Source: an uncultured cyanobacterium (GTDB taxonomy: Bacteria; Cyanobacteriota; Cyanobacteriia; Cyanobacteriales; Cyanobacteriaceae). From it: DNA of 64,000 bases. The notes under the pieces were generated by a model. It was not told the DNA's origin and did no database searches. It saw only the letters and a list, made by a program, of their open reading frames with translations. Position 1 is the first letter of the stretch. Each line of letters starts with the position of its first letter. Both the position numbers and the translations under genes were made by a program. The DNA is taken from assembly GCA_963749915.1 (NCBI GenBank), contig CAVVOP010000021.1:352001-416000 (forward strand), written 5' to 3'. Shown here one piece after another: positions 43,264 to 55,599 of the stretch.

Positions 43264-43361
43264 TCTAATAAATTTGGTAACTGTGGATCATTATACTCTG
43301 AAGGGTTACTATTATATTTGCAAGATACCAGATACAATATATTATATTTAAACTGTCTGTA

Positions 43362-44108
43362 ATGAATCAATGTGAATGGGTGGGTAAAGTGTATCTTGTC
43401 GGTGCAGGACCCGGAGATCCGGGGTTATTGACAATTAAGGGTAAAACTCTCCTTGAATTGGCGGATGTGGTGGTTTATGATGCCTTGGTAAGTGCGGAAA
43501 TTTTGGCAATGATAAATCCTTATGCCCAAAAAATCAATGCAGGGAAACGTCGTGGTCGTCACTCCTTAGCTCAATCGAATACTACACAATTATTGATTGA
43601 AAAAGCAAAAGAACACCCCATAGTCGTGCGCTTGAAAGGAGGAGATCCTTTTGTGTTTGGTCGTGGTGGTGAAGAAATGTCAGATTTGATTGCTAAAGGG
43701 ATTCCGGTGGAGATTATTCCCGGTATTACGGCTGGTATTGCCGCCCCTGCCTATGCAAATATTCCCGTTACTCATCGAGGTTATAGTTCATCAGTTACCT
43801 TTGTTACGGGTCATGAGTCGGCGGGTAAATATCGTCCTGATGTTAACTGGAAAGCCATCGCCCAAGGTTCGGAAACTATTGTTATTTATATGGGTATTCA
43901 TAATTTAAGTCACATTATCCCCAAATTGATAGAGGCAGGTTTGGACGAAAAAACCCAAATCGCTTTGATTCGTTGGGGTACAAGACCAGAACAAGAAGAA
44001 TTATATGGTACTTTAGCAGATATTATCGATCAGTTAGAAAAAACTGGTTTCACTGCCCCTGCCATCGCCATTATTGGTAAAGTAGTCGGTTTTCGGCAAC
44101 AAATCTAG
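43362..44108 (+). CDS. cobA: uroporphyrinogen-III C-methyltransferase
   Basis: Canonical GAGPGDPGL and RLKGGDPFVFGRGGEE. Confidence 0.93.
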   Translation: MNQCEWVGKVYLVGAGPGDPGLLTIKGKTLLELADVVVYDALVSAEILAMINPYAQKINAGKRRGRHSLAQSNTTQLLIEKAKEHPIVVRLKGGDPFVFGRGGEEMSDLIAKGIPVEIIPGITAGIAAPAYANIPVTHRGYSSSVTFVTGHESAGKYRPDVNWKAIAQGSETIVIYMGIHNLSHIIPKLIEAGLDEKTQIALIRWGTRPEQEELYGTLADIIDQLEKTGFTAPAIAIIGKVVGFRQQI

Positions 44109-44239
44109 TTAACGTCAATTCAACTGTACAGTAACTGACAATTCTCCATTCTGGTGAATCTCCACTTATGAGCTAGGTTCCGCCGCCCAAGGCATGAAAA
44201 TGCTGGTTAATTAACTTTATTGTCGCCCCTTGAGCTATT

Positions 44240-45373
44240 TTACATCAGCTGAGAGCGAAAGCGTTTAATGCTAATAGTTAATAACACGGTAGCAAAGATC
44301 AAAAGAGCGATGGCATCATGCCAAATTTCTCCTAAACCGACACCCTTAAGAATTAAACTACGATTAATGGCAACATAATGACGTAAAGGATCGAAGAAAG
44401 ATAAAAAGCGAAATACTGAGGGCATACTTTCAATGGGTGCGATGGCTCCTGAAAGTTGGATAATTGGTACATTGAAAAAGAAAGAAGTTAAAATTACCTG
44501 TTCTTGTGTACGGGATAAAGTAGCAAGTAAAAGACCAAGACCAATACAGACAAATAGATAAAGTCCTGATAATAGTAGAAATAAAGCGAAATTACCGCTA
44601 AATGGTAGATTAAAAACTAAACGGGATATCCCAGAAGCTAACAGTACATCTCCCATTAATAAAATAAATAAAGGTACAATTTTTGCAAGCAAAATTTCCC
44701 ATTCTGCGGCGGGAGTCATCAGCAGTTGTTCAAGAGTGCCAACATCTTTTTCACGAATTAAAGTTACCGAAGAAACTAACGAACCAGTTAAGGTTAAAAC
44801 AATTCCAATTACTCCGGGTACAAAAAACCAACTACTAATTAAACCAGGATTATAAAGAAACCTAATTTGCGGTTTCACTGGTGCGGGAGGACAATCAACT
44901 TTTTGACAACGCAACTTTTGACTATATTGACGAACAATTTGGTTAATATATCCTTGAGCAATACCGGCCGTATTAGCATCAACACCATCAATAATTACTT
45001 GAACTTCAGCCGTTTGACTGGACGACAAATTACGATTAAATTCTGGTGGAATTACCAAACCAACGTCAATTTCTCCAGTACGAACTTGTTGATTCAAGAT
45101 ATCCTGGTTATTGGGCGTATATTTAAGTTGAAAAATCCGATTTTCTGTTAAAGCAGACAATAATTCTCGACTTTCTTTGCTATTAGCATAATCTAACCAA
45201 GCTAAACTCAGGTGTTCAACATCGGGACTAAGTGCCGAACCAAAAATTAATAATTGAATTGTCGGCGGAAAAATTAACAGAAAAATTAACTGTTTACTGC
45301 TAAAAATTTGACGAATTTCTTTGAGCATTAAAGCCCAAAAACGGCTTTCTAAAAGGCGATGCAGAGTTTTCAT
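44240..45373 (-). CDS. ABC-2 type transporter permease (YbhR-like)
   Basis: REKDVGTLEQLLMTP and YNPGL...FFVPG. Confidence 0.88.
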   Translation of the reverse strand: MKTLHRLLESRFWALMLKEIRQIFSSKQLIFLLIFPPTIQLLIFGSALSPDVEHLSLAWLDYANSKESRELLSALTENRIFQLKYTPNNQDILNQQVRTGEIDVGLVIPPEFNRNLSSSQTAEVQVIIDGVDANTAGIAQGYINQIVRQYSQKLRCQKVDCPPAPVKPQIRFLYNPGLISSWFFVPGVIGIVLTLTGSLVSSVTLIREKDVGTLEQLLMTPAAEWEILLAKIVPLFILLMGDVLLASGISRLVFNLPFSGNFALFLLLSGLYLFVCIGLGLLLATLSRTQEQVILTSFFFNVPIIQLSGAIAPIESMPSVFRFLSFFDPLRHYVAINRSLILKGVGLGEIWHDAIALLIFATVLLTISIKRFRSQLM

Positions 45374-45560
45374 GGCTAAACAATTTTATTTAACGTTTGA
45401 GAAGAATAAAATTATTGACTAATCGAGAAAAACTCTCAAATCTTTCACTTATTGATCAAGGTTTTTCCTGTCGTAGGAAATTCCCGATTCAGCACTTTTA
45501 CTGTACAATGGTATTCCTGGGTCTAAATATAACAAATATATTAAGGAGAAATTAGTAAGT

Positions 45561-46169
45561 ATGTCTCGATATACAGGACCTCGTTTGAGGATAGTGCGTC
45601 GTTTGGGAGATTTACCCGGCTTAACTCGTAAAAATGCTCGTCGTCAATATCCCCCTGGACAACACGGACAAAACCGCCGTAAACGCTCAGAATACGCTAT
45701 CCGTCTTGAAGAAAAACAAAAACTTCGTTATAACTATGGTGTCAGCGAAACACAATTAATTCGTTATGTCAAAAAAGCCCGTCGAGTAACTGGTTCTACC
45801 GGTCAGGTATTATTACAATTATTAGAAATGCGTCTCGATAATACCGTTTTTCGTCTTGGCATGGCACCTACAATTCCGGGCGCTCGTCAATTGGTGAACC
45901 ATGGTCATATTATGGTTAACGATCGGGTAGTGGATATTGCTAGCTATCAATGTCGCCCCGGGGATGTTGTTAGCGTTAGAAAAAGAGATCGCTCTGTTAA
46001 TATTGTTAAAAATAATCTTCTTAACCCCGGTTTAGCTAACCTCCCTAGTCATTTAGAATATGACAAAGATAACCTCGTCGGTAAAGTTAACGGTGTTATC
46101 GAAAGAGAATGGGTTGCTTTAAATATCAACGAATTACTCGTAATTGAGTATTACTCTCGGAAAGCATAA
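45561..46169 (+). CDS. rpsD: 30S ribosomal protein S4
   Basis: [15 protein letters not shown] and LEMRLDN; AAGGAG RBS. Confidence 0.98.
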   Translation: MSRYTGPRLRIVRRLGDLPGLTRKNARRQYPPGQHGQNRRKRSEYAIRLEEKQKLRYNYGVSETQLIRYVKKARRVTGSTGQVLLQLLEMRLDNTVFRLGMAPTIPGARQLVNHGHIMVNDRVVDIASYQCRPGDVVSVRKRDRSVNIVKNNLLNPGLANLPSHLEYDKDNLVGKVNGVIEREWVALNINELLVIEYYSRKA

Positions 46170-46235
46170 AGGAATATTTGTTTTGAGATTACAAGTACAG
46201 AGTATCATCGGGCGACGGATCTTCAAATAAGAATT

Positions 46236-47099
46236 TTAGTCGTTCATTGTACTTGATTTACCAATTCCCGACAAAGTCTTTTGAAATAAATGTATATCTC
46301 TTTGAGGAAAGGGAATAGATATACCCTCTGCATCTAATCGTTTTTTGACATTTTCATAGGTATTAAAATAAACTGTCCAGTAATCCTCTGGTTTTGCCCA
46401 AGGACGAATGGCAAAATTTACGCTACTATCGGCTAATTCCATAACGGCTATAGTCGGTTCAGGATCTTTTAAAACTAAAGGATCACTTTCGATTGCCTCA
46501 GAGATCACTTGTTTTACTTGATCAATATCCGCATCATAAGAAACGCCGATAACAGTATCTACTCTTAGTTTTCCTGTTACTGTATAGTTGATAATATTCC
46601 CCCCTGTGAGAGTTGAGTTAGGTGCGATTACTCTTTTATTATCAGGAGTAATCATAGCTGTAGTAAATAACTGAATGTCTTCAACTTTACCTAACACCCC
46701 ATCCGTTTCAATTAAATCACCAACATTGAAAGGACGGAAAATAATAATCAGAACTCCTGCCGCAAAATTAGACAAAGAACCTTGCAATGCCAAACCTATA
46801 GCCAAACCAGCTGCACCTAAAATAGCAATAATTGAGGCAGTTTGTACTCCTAAACGATTAAGACAAGCAATGATGGTAAAGATGATGATGACATAATAGG
46901 TAATGTTGATTAAAAAAGAACTCAGTGTGACATCAACATTAGCTTTGTCGGTGAATCGCCGAACTATTTTACTTATTAATTTTGCAGCCCATCGACCAAT
47001 TAAAAAAATGGCAATAGCGGCAATAATATTAGTGCCAAATTGGATTATTAGCTCATATATTACATCTAATATTCCATTTATATTGGTTATGTCATTCAT
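46236..47099 (-). CDS. mscS: small-conductance mechanosensitive channel
   Basis: GAAGLAIGLALQGSLSNFAAG and IPFPQRD. Confidence 0.9.
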   Translation of the reverse strand: MNDITNINGILDVIYELIIQFGTNIIAAIAIFLIGRWAAKLISKIVRRFTDKANVDVTLSSFLINITYYVIIIFTIIACLNRLGVQTASIIAILGAAGLAIGLALQGSLSNFAAGVLIIIFRPFNVGDLIETDGVLGKVEDIQLFTTAMITPDNKRVIAPNSTLTGGNIINYTVTGKLRVDTVIGVSYDADIDQVKQVISEAIESDPLVLKDPEPTIAVMELADSSVNFAIRPWAKPEDYWTVYFNTYENVKKRLDAEGISIPFPQRDIHLFQKTLSGIGKSSTMND

Positions 47100-47366
47100 G
47101 GATTTAACTAAAGTATATAATTGATTTCAATGACCCGCTTCTGACGGATATAAGTACAAGTAAATAATAATCTATTGTTTGAGTCAATGTGTACTTGGCA
47201 AGAGCACAATTTGATGTTACACAGCAAAGAGATTAAAATAGCAGACCTTAATTTAGTCTAAACTACAGGTAATAAAAAACAAGGGATATTGTAAAAACCC
47301 CTTGCTATCTTTTATGTAAAAGTATATAACATTTGCTGTTATAATACAAATGAAATAGGCTAAAAA

Positions 47367-48452
47367 CTACTCAACCGCTGATGGAATAAGTTCTTCTTCC
47401 CCAGCAGTGTCATTAGTATCTGTATCATTTGACATGACCGAAACTGTTTCACTCTCATCACTGGGTATATTTTCAATGGTTACATCTTCTTCTGGAGAAA
47501 CACCTTCTAACTCTGATGGAGCTACCTTAGTAGTCTCAGCATCATCAGCTAATAATTTCTCCCTGAATTTAACCGCCATTTCTTCGGCTTTTTCAAAGAC
47601 TAAATCACGATTTTTAAGCATATCACCGGGTTCAGGTTCTAATTGCTTAGTAGAGAGAGAAATACGTCCTCTTTCAGCGTCTAAGTCAATAATCATCACT
47701 TTTAACTCATCATTAACATTAAAGACACTGTGAGGGGTATCAATATGATCATGAGAAATTTCGGAGATGTGCAATAAACCACTAACACCGCCAATATCGA
47801 TGAAAGCACCATAAGGTTTAATACCACGTACCGAACCAATTACCACTTGGCTAACTTCTAAACCGTTCATCTTACGTTCAACTAAGGCACGACGATGACT
47901 GAGTACAAGACGATTACGCTCTTCATCTACTTCTAAAAATTTGAGAGGCAAATCTTGACCAACTAAATCTTCTTTAGTATCTTTAGCACTAATATGAGAT
48001 CCAGGAATAAAACCCCTCAAACCTTCCACTCTCACTAATGCACCACCACGATTAGTAGCAAACACATTGGAATATACCGTGGCATCTTCTTCTTGTAATT
48101 GACGAACTCTCTGCCAAGCACGCATATACTCAATACGACGAATAGAAAGAGTTAACTGACCATCTTCATTTTCATCGGTAAGAATAAAAAACTCTCTGGT
48201 TTCATTAGGTTGTAAGACCTCATTTGGGTCATCAACTCTATTGATAGAAAGCTCTTGCACGGGAATATAAGCGGCAGTTTTAGCTCCTATATCAATCAGA
48301 GCCCCCCTTGGCTCCATACTAAAAACAGTTCCAGCAACGATGTCACCAGGACTAAAATGATAATCATACTGATCTAACAGGGCGGCAAAATCTTCATGGG
48401 TAAAGCCGATGTTACTATTGTTTAGGGTTTCTGTCTGACTGACCATAGGCAT
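47367..48452 (-). CDS. rpsA: 30S ribosomal protein S1 (cyanobacterial three-S1-domain form)
   Basis: IDIGAKTAAYIP, NRGGALV and GLLHISEISH. Confidence 0.95.
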   Translation of the reverse strand: MPMVSQTETLNNSNIGFTHEDFAALLDQYDYHFSPGDIVAGTVFSMEPRGALIDIGAKTAAYIPVQELSINRVDDPNEVLQPNETREFFILTDENEDGQLTLSIRRIEYMRAWQRVRQLQEEDATVYSNVFATNRGGALVRVEGLRGFIPGSHISAKDTKEDLVGQDLPLKFLEVDEERNRLVLSHRRALVERKMNGLEVSQVVIGSVRGIKPYGAFIDIGGVSGLLHISEISHDHIDTPHSVFNVNDELKVMIIDLDAERGRISLSTKQLEPEPGDMLKNRDLVFEKAEEMAVKFREKLLADDAETTKVAPSELEGVSPEEDVTIENIPSDESETVSVMSNDTDTNDTAGEEELIPSAVE

Positions 48453-48873
48453 TTTATTTATTGTTTCAAATTTACTTACTATTGCTATAATTTCGAATCC
48501 CTCCTCAGAAACTTAACGTTAATTAAAGTTTACTGGCTAACTAATTGATATTCCCATTATTTTTATCTAACGAGTTTAAACTCCTTGCCCATAAAATCTG
48601 CGATTGCTTTTTGAGCTTTTTTAGATTTTTGTGCTCACAACTAAGTTATGATTGACATGGAGCGAACTATACACACACCTACCAGGTTTTAACTTTTAAT
48701 GGTTAATCTTCTGGGTAACGTTCATTTTCGGTTGATTCCTTTCGGGGGAAATTGGATTGGCGAATAATAGCCAATTATTTACTCTAACACCAAAAAGGTG
48801 CAAAATTTATTGTTTATAGTAATATTATAAAGAATTTTGAAGATACACGCTTCAGCCTCGAGAAGTTCTTTTG

Positions 48874-49335
48874 TCATTTTTTTTGTTTGTTTCGCAGATC
48901 CTTAAGGGTTGTGACAAAGTCTTCAATGCTAGTGAACTTACCATAAACCGAAGCAAAACGAACATAAGCAACCTCTGACAAACTACTTAAATGACCTAGC
49001 ACTAATTCACCGATGTCTTCACTGGTTATTTCTCTAGGGAATTTTTCTTCTATATCCGACTTAATATTATCCACCAAAGATTCTACTAATTCTGAATCAA
49101 GCCCTGTTTTTTCACAGGCACGAACTATACCCCTTAAGATTTTAGAGCGATCAAAAGACTCTGTACTGCCATCTTTTTTGATCACGGTAATCGGTACAAA
49201 TTCGATTCTTTCATAAGTGGTAAAACGATGATGACACCTTAAACATTCTCTCCTACGTCTAATACTCTGTCCTTTCTCAGTGGTGCGAGACTCCAATACT
49301 CTAGTGTTATCATAATTACAAGAAGGACATAGCAT
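48874..49335 (-). CDS. nrdR: transcriptional repressor NrdR
   Basis: MLCPSC...IRRRREC..C..RFTTYE, ATP-cone and AYVRFASVY; true start at 49335. Confidence 0.95.
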   Translation of the reverse strand: MLCPSCNYDNTRVLESRTTEKGQSIRRRRECLRCHHRFTTYERIEFVPITVIKKDGSTESFDRSKILRGIVRACEKTGLDSELVESLVDNIKSDIEEKFPREITSEDIGELVLGHLSSLSEVAYVRFASVYGKFTSIEDFVTTLKDLRNKQKK

Positions 49336-49611
49336 ATTTTTTATACTTGAGTGAATAGGCAAAATAAAATTGGACTTTGCCGCCTTTGTCAGAAAACAAT
49401 CAAGAAGCAACGGTGGGAAAATTTGAGGATTTATATACCGAAATTGATTTTTTTGAGATATTTTTATCTTTAAAATAAACAAAAAAAGTCTCCTCCTCTA
49501 CCATCTTAACTAAATCATGGATTTTATCAAGACAGAGGAAAAAGACTTTTAATATATTTACTAACTAAGAAGGCGAAACAATTGAGTCTAACCGCCCTAG
49601 TTTCTCACTAT

Positions 49612-49707
49612 CTATTTTTGAATTCTAGGAGGCTCACGAAAAGCTACAGCGAAAAATAAAACTGCAATCATCATGGTCAACACCAGAATATAAGCAACAC
49701 TTTCCAT
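49612..49707 (-). CDS. psbT: photosystem II reaction centre protein T (absent from the ORF track)
   Basis: Manual translation MESVAYILVLTMMIAVLFFAVAFREPPRIQK; downstream of psbB. Confidence 0.95.
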   Translation of the reverse strand: MESVAYILVLTMMIAVLFFAVAFREPPRIQK

Positions 49708-49832
49708 TTTTTTTCCTATGTTATAGTTGTGTTTTCTTGTTTGAGAAAGTTAGAATAACTTAAGTTTTTGAGGATTAAGTAAGGATAGAAAGAAAATTAA
49801 ATTTATTCTCTCCATCTCTCACTTAATAAAAA

Positions 49833-51365
49833 TTATGCGGATTCTGCACGACGAGTGGATTTATCCCCTACTTTTTGGAAGAATCCCCATTCTACTTGGT
49901 CCGGATCTAAATCTGGATCAATACCGGCGAATACATCACGAAAGAGAGTACGCGCACCATGCCAAATATGACCAAAGAAGAATAGTAATGCAAAACAAGC
50001 ATGACCAAAAGTAAACCATCCACGAGTACTCGTACGGAATACACCATCGGAGTTGAGGGTTTCAGTATCAAAAGCAAAAGGCTCGCCTAATTGTGCTTTA
50101 CGGGCATAACGTTTAACATCAAGAGGATCACTAAAAGTCTTACCGTCTAAGTCTCCACCTAAGAAGGAGACAGTTACACCAGTTTGCTCAATACTTAAAG
50201 CCGACTCGGCGCGACGGAAAGGAATATCAGCACGGACAACACCATCACTATCGGTTAAAACGACAGGGAAAGTTTCAAAGAAGTTAGGAAGACGACGCAA
50301 AAATAATTCACGACCGTCTTTATCTTTGAAGATAGGATGTCCTAACCAACCTTGAGCAATACCGTCACCTTTATCCATAGGACCAGTACGGAATAAACCA
50401 CCTTTAGCTGGGCTATTACCTACATAATCATAAAAGGCTAATTTTTCAGGAATTGCGGCCCATGCTTCTTCTGCAGTAGCACCATTAGCAATGTTAGATT
50501 GTACTCGGCGCTGAATCTCTTGTTGATAATAACCCTGATCCCATTGATAACGGGTAGGTCCAAATAATTCTACGGGAGTAGTTGCACTACCATACCACAT
50601 TGTTCCAGCGACGACGAAGGCGGCGAAGAATACGGCGGCGATACTGCTAGACAATACAGTTTCAATGTTTCCCATACGAAGAGCTTTATAAAGTCTTTCG
50701 GGAGGACGAACACTGAGATGGAATAAACCAGCAATAATACCAACGATTCCTGCGGCAATATGGTGGGCTACCACGCCACCAGGGTTAAAGGGGTTAAAAC
50801 CAGCAGGGCCCCATTCTGGAGCTACGGGCTGAACGTGTCCCGTTAAACCATAGGGATCAGATACCCACATTCCAGGTCCCCATAATCCAGTAAGGTGGAA
50901 TGCACCAAAACCGAAACAGAGTAATCCAGATAAGAATAAATGAATACCAAACATTTTAGGTAAATCGAGAGCCGGTTCGCCAGTACGAGAATCGGTAAAT
51001 AGTTCTAAATCCCAGAACACCCAATGCCATACTGCGGCTAAAAAGAGTAATCCAGAAAGTACGATGTGTGCGATCGCCACACCTTCAAAAGACCAAAAAC
51101 CGGGATCAATGCCTGTTTCACCGGTAATACTCCAACCCCCCCATGATCCAGTCACGCCTAAACGTGCCATGAAGGGCAGAACAAACATCCCTTGTCTCCA
51201 CATGGGATTTAAAACGGCATCACTAGGATCAAATACAGCTAACTCGTACAGAGCCATAGATCCTGCCCAACCCGCTACTAATGCGGTGTGCATTAAATGC
51301 ACCGCAATTAAACGACCGGGATCGTTAATTACAACTGTGTGTACTCGATACCAAGGTAGTCCCAT
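49833..51365 (-). CDS. psbB: photosystem II CP47 chlorophyll-binding protein
   Basis: [13 protein letters not shown]-terminus; full-length family match. Confidence 0.99.
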   Translation of the reverse strand: MGLPWYRVHTVVINDPGRLIAVHLMHTALVAGWAGSMALYELAVFDPSDAVLNPMWRQGMFVLPFMARLGVTGSWGGWSITGETGIDPGFWSFEGVAIAHIVLSGLLFLAAVWHWVFWDLELFTDSRTGEPALDLPKMFGIHLFLSGLLCFGFGAFHLTGLWGPGMWVSDPYGLTGHVQPVAPEWGPAGFNPFNPGGVVAHHIAAGIVGIIAGLFHLSVRPPERLYKALRMGNIETVLSSSIAAVFFAAFVVAGTMWYGSATTPVELFGPTRYQWDQGYYQQEIQRRVQSNIANGATAEEAWAAIPEKLAFYDYVGNSPAKGGLFRTGPMDKGDGIAQGWLGHPIFKDKDGRELFLRRLPNFFETFPVVLTDSDGVVRADIPFRRAESALSIEQTGVTVSFLGGDLDGKTFSDPLDVKRYARKAQLGEPFAFDTETLNSDGVFRTSTRGWFTFGHACFALLFFFGHIWHGARTLFRDVFAGIDPDLDPDQVEWGFFQKVGDKSTRRAESA

Positions 51366-51667
51366 TGACTACGCTCCTCCTATTAATGTTATTTTTACTA
51401 AATGGGGAATAGATCCAGTTTACTATAACCGTTAAGGGTTTTGCCTTTCAAAAATGGTTCTTGAATAGAATAGCCCTATGATCTTTATTTTATGTTAAAA
51501 ATTCTATCTTTTCTTAGAACTTATGGCAAGATGTTTTTTCCAATGAACAATTATTAAAATAGCGGCTCAAGTTGAAGTTTCGGGGAGAAGAATCTTGGTC
51601 GAGTTAGCATCTCAGTTTCTTTTTAGTGATGATTACTGATCATCTTTCTCGTACCTGTACCCCAACA

Positions 51668-52243
51668 TTACTTATCCACTGGCACTAATTCGCTGTTAAA
51701 CTCGTTGAGAGTTTTGCGTTTTAATTCTACGGATTCCGAACGGGGTACTAAGTCAAAAACCTTGCGTAAAACATCATCTACGGCTTCAAATTCGACTTGT
51801 CCGATTTCATCGAACACGACTTGCCCTTTTTGATCTAAGACAACGGTTTGAGGAATACCTCCTTTATAATAATGACCAACTTCATCAGGTTGAAAATTGC
51901 CTTTCGGAGAAATGGTATCCACTGTGATAGGAATAATACTGGCGGCACGACCGTAAAATTCTTGAAAACGAGAGACAATAAAAGCAAATTGCTTGGAATC
52001 GCTATTATCATCGAGATAATACACCAAAATAACAGGCATTTCTCGATCTAAAGATTGTTTTAATGTCAGCTTAGAGGGGACTAATGAACCGTTACCAGCA
52101 TAAACCACGAAAATATTGCCATCATAGCGGTCATTATTAATATCTGCACGGCCAATATCAGGGGAACTGAACCAGAAGGTCAAAGTGCAAATAAAAATGA
52201 TAAGGATACGTTGAAAGGCAGAGTAGCACAGAGTCATTGACAT
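51668..52243 (-). CDS. thioredoxin-like thylakoid protein (PSI accumulation factor family), no CxxC
   Basis: DRYDGNIFVVYAGNGSLVP; signal/TM segment; start uncertain. Confidence 0.75.
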   Translation of the reverse strand: MSMTLCYSAFQRILIIFICTLTFWFSSPDIGRADINNDRYDGNIFVVYAGNGSLVPSKLTLKQSLDREMPVILVYYLDDNSDSKQFAFIVSRFQEFYGRAASIIPITVDTISPKGNFQPDEVGHYYKGGIPQTVVLDQKGQVVFDEIGQVEFEAVDDVLRKVFDLVPRSESVELKRKTLNEFNSELVPVDK

Positions 52244-52327
52244 AAATTTAAGTTTGATTTTTGAGATATAAAAAATAAGACCTTGATCTAGAATATGGAA
52301 ACAGATCTTCATTGTCAAAAGAAAACG

Positions 52328-52798
52328 ATGAACTCATCCAGTAATAATAAATCTTCTTCTACTGTTAATAAATATTTTGTCAATACTCATTATGGGTTAT
52401 TTAATTTATATCCTTCTGCATCAGTTATTGATATTAGAAGAGCTTATCGGGAGTTAAGTAAACTCTACCATCCCGATACAACTAATTTACCTTTAGAGGA
52501 AGCAAAACAAAAATTTCAACGGTTAAATGAGGCTTATGGTATTTTGGCAAATCCCGAAAAGCGATCGCTTTATGATTTACAAATCGGTTATTCCCGTTGG
52601 AATGTGATTCAGAGTCCCTATGATTTTTCCCCGTCATCACCAGAAAAAGAAGACTCTATGAGATCAGCTTATTTAGATCCTACCGAAAGACCGCTATCTA
52701 GTGGAGAATTATTTGCATTATTGTTAATGGGGACAACAATTCTTGGTTGTATGTTATTAGCCATAACTATTGCTTGGTTGAGAACTTCTAGTATATAG
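52328..52798 (+). CDS. small DnaJ (J-domain) membrane protein
   Basis: YHPD motif; C-terminal TM helix. Confidence 0.88.
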   Translation: MNSSSNNKSSSTVNKYFVNTHYGLFNLYPSASVIDIRRAYRELSKLYHPDTTNLPLEEAKQKFQRLNEAYGILANPEKRSLYDLQIGYSRWNVIQSPYDFSPSSPEKEDSMRSAYLDPTERPLSSGELFALLLMGTTILGCMLLAITIAWLRTSSI

Positions 52799-52852
52799 TG
52801 ATAGTTGGTTGTCAACCTTAAATCCTATCTTTTGCCTGACATCAAGAAAATA

Positions 52853-53125
52853 ATGGCCAAATTAACCCCTAATAGTCCTTTATATAATTTTCCCTTGCCT
52901 GAAATTGAAAATTGGTTAAAACAAATGGGATGTGAACAAAATCCCCAAGCACTTAATTGTTGGTATGTAAAAAAACGAGGATGGGAAGCGGAAATAACAT
53001 TAGAAATAGAGGATCTTAATGTTAATTATGTCAATGCAGGGGCAGATGGTAGCGATATAAAAAGATCATTTCGTTACTCCCTTTCTCGCAGAGATATTGA
53101 AGACGCTGTTTTTTCTGGACCCTAG
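52853..53125 (+). CDS. DUF3143 family protein
   Basis: PLYN.PLP.IE.WL and RSFRYSLSRRDIEDAVFSGP. Confidence 0.8.
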   Translation: MAKLTPNSPLYNFPLPEIENWLKQMGCEQNPQALNCWYVKKRGWEAEITLEIEDLNVNYVNAGADGSDIKRSFRYSLSRRDIEDAVFSGP

Positions 53126-53352
53126 CATTGAAGACAAGGAGACAGGTGGTGGTGGAGAACGGAGAGACTAGTGGAAGAATGCAGAATTAGGAATGTAGAA
53201 TGCAGAATGAAAAATCTTTAATTTCCAGGGCTTACAAAAATTTAAAACTCTCGTTTTATTTCAGCACTCTATCACTAGAGGATTATGTTTTCAAAAATTA
53301 CAACTCCTGGGAACTCCCAAGTCATTATTAGTTGTTCATCATTTATTGTCTT

Positions 53353-53541
53353 ATGAGTTCTACAAAAGAAAAAGTCGAATCAATGTTGAGAAAATTGCCC
53401 GATGATTGCACAATTGAAGATATACAGTATCATTTATATGTATTGGGCAAAGTTCGTCAAGGGCTACAAGTTGCGGATAGAGAAGGGGTTTTACAACAAG
53501 CAGAAGTAGAAGGATTGTTAAATAAATGGCTTATCGAGTAG
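53353..53541 (+). CDS. antitoxin
   Basis: LPDDCTIEDIQYHLYV..KV..GL; overlaps the toxin start. Confidence 0.75.
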   Translation: MSSTKEKVESMLRKLPDDCTIEDIQYHLYVLGKVRQGLQVADREGVLQQAEVEGLLNKWLIE

Positions 53542-53819
53542 TTTGGTCTCCTAAGGCAGTAGAAGATGTAGAAGCGATCGCTGCTTATATTGCTAGGGAT
53601 TCACCGTCCTATGCAGCGGCGGTGGTACAAAGGGTGATCGAAATTACCGATAAATTATCAGAAGAGGCAAAACATGGCAGATTAATCCCTGAAATAGAAG
53701 AATCTACCATCATCGAGCAATTTGCCTATAGTTATCGCTTAATTTATCGCCTTGAATCGGGTACCGTTACCGTTGCGGCGCTAATTCACGGCAAAAGATT
53801 ACTATATTTAACGGATTAG
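53526..53819 (+). CDS. RelE/ParE-family toxin
   Basis: VVWSPKAVEDVEAIAAYIARDS...GRLIPE...YRLIY...IHGKR. Confidence 0.85.
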   Translation: MAYRVVWSPKAVEDVEAIAAYIARDSPSYAAAVVQRVIEITDKLSEEAKHGRLIPEIEESTIIEQFAYSYRLIYRLESGTVTVAALIHGKRLLYLTD

Positions 53820-53963
53820 CCCCTCAGTCCACACTTATCTCAAATGGGGTTGGGGGGCAAAATAAAATCTTTTTTCTTAACAAAACTTTACTTGTAGCAA
53901 GAAAATCAATCACATTTTCAGAGAGAAACTAGAATGAAAGTGGTTGTTCAAGAATAGAATTAA

Positions 53964-55493
53964 ATGTTGACACTACAAGAAAATCCTCTCAGAGTGGGTT
54001 TAAAACAAACTAAAACCCCAGAACCACTAATATTGGTGATATTTGGTGCATCAGGAGATTTAACCCAACGGAAATTAGTCCCTGCTTTATATCAATTGAA
54101 AAAAGAAGGGCGACTGCCGGCGGAAATGACTATTGTGGGGGTAGCCAGACGGGAATGGACCCATGACTATTTTCGGGAACAAATGAAGGAAGGAATCGAA
54201 GAATTTTCCGATGGTATCAGCAAGGAAGACTTATGGAAAGATTTTTCTGAAGGACTTTTTTACTGTGCCGGAAATATGGACGAGGCACAAAGCTACGAAA
54301 AATTAAAAGCACTTCTTGAAGAATTAGACGGCAAAAGAGGCACTAGAGGTAATCGAGTTTTTTATTTGGCAGTTTCCCCTAAATTTTTCCCCCCTGCTAT
54401 TAAACAATTAGGGGCGGCGGGGATGTTAGATGATTCTTTAAAACATCGTTTAGTCATTGAAAAGCCTTTTGGTAAAGATTTGAGCAGTGCACAAGTGTTA
54501 AACCGCATTGTCCAGAAAGTTTGTAAAGAAGAACAGGTATATCGCATTGACCATTATTTAGGGAAAGAAACAGTACAAAATTTAATGGTTTTTCGTTTTG
54601 CCAATGCCATTTTTGAGCCTTTATGGAATCGTAACTACGTTGATAATATTCAAATTACTGTAGCAGAAACCGTAGGGGTGGAAGAACGGGCAGGTTATTA
54701 CGAAAATGCAGGGGCATTAAGGGATATGGTACAAAATCACCTGTTACAACTCTTTTGTTTAACGGCGATGGAGGCCCCTAACGGAATAAATGCCGATAGT
54801 ATTCGGGGGGAAAAAGTCAAGGTTTTACAATCTGCTCGTTTAGCGGATTTGAAAAACTTGGAAAAAAGTGCCATTAGGGGACAATATTCTGCCGGATGGA
54901 TGAAAGGAAAACCGATTCCAGGTTATCGTGATGAAAAAGACGTAAATCCCAATTCTACAACCCCCACTTTTGTCGCCTTAAAGTTACTAGTTGATAATTG
55001 GCGTTGGCAGGGTGTACCCTTTTATTTACGAACAGGGAAACGGTTACCGAAAAAAGTTTCCGAGATTGCCATTCAATTCCGAGATGTGCCTTTAACTATT
55101 TTCCCTTCGGCGGCACAACAGACCAACCCCAATATTCTCGCCCTGCGTATTCAACCCAATGAGGGCATTTCTTTGCGATTTGAGGCGAAAGTACCCGGAT
55201 CTGAATTACGCACTCGTACAGTGGATATGGATTTTAGCTACGGTTCGTCTTTTGGCATAGCGACAGCAGATGCTTATCACCGTTTACTTTTGGATTGTAT
55301 GTTAGGGGATCAAACTTTATTCACCCGTGCCGATGAGGTAGAGGAAGCATGGCGCATTGTCGCCCCGGCTTTAACGGCTTGGGATGCACCCTCCGCACCA
55401 GATTCGATCCCATTTTATGAAGCAGGGACATGGCAACCCCCAGAGGCGGAATTTTTACTTAACCGTGACGGGCGAAGATGGCGCAGACTTTGA
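53964..55493 (+). CDS. zwf: glucose-6-phosphate 1-dehydrogenase
   Basis: GASGDL, EKPFG and RIDHYLGKE motifs. Confidence 0.98.
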   Translation: MLTLQENPLRVGLKQTKTPEPLILVIFGASGDLTQRKLVPALYQLKKEGRLPAEMTIVGVARREWTHDYFREQMKEGIEEFSDGISKEDLWKDFSEGLFYCAGNMDEAQSYEKLKALLEELDGKRGTRGNRVFYLAVSPKFFPPAIKQLGAAGMLDDSLKHRLVIEKPFGKDLSSAQVLNRIVQKVCKEEQVYRIDHYLGKETVQNLMVFRFANAIFEPLWNRNYVDNIQITVAETVGVEERAGYYENAGALRDMVQNHLLQLFCLTAMEAPNGINADSIRGEKVKVLQSARLADLKNLEKSAIRGQYSAGWMKGKPIPGYRDEKDVNPNSTTPTFVALKLLVDNWRWQGVPFYLRTGKRLPKKVSEIAIQFRDVPLTIFPSAAQQTNPNILALRIQPNEGISLRFEAKVPGSELRTRTVDMDFSYGSSFGIATADAYHRLLLDCMLGDQTLFTRADEVEEAWRIVAPALTAWDAPSAPDSIPFYEAGTWQPPEAEFLLNRDGRRWRRL

Positions 55494-55599
55494 GACTTTG
55501 ATTTTGGTTTAGGAATAAATAAACTGCCTGTCTTCCTGTCCCACTTCCCCTTTTTTCCCCTTACCTTTATCTAATATTTTATTTATACACAAAAAAACC

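Noticed and set aside
49336..49482. 50-aa N-terminal extension of NrdR in the ORF track
   Set aside because: NrdR starts at MxCP (49335); the extension is probably non-coding.
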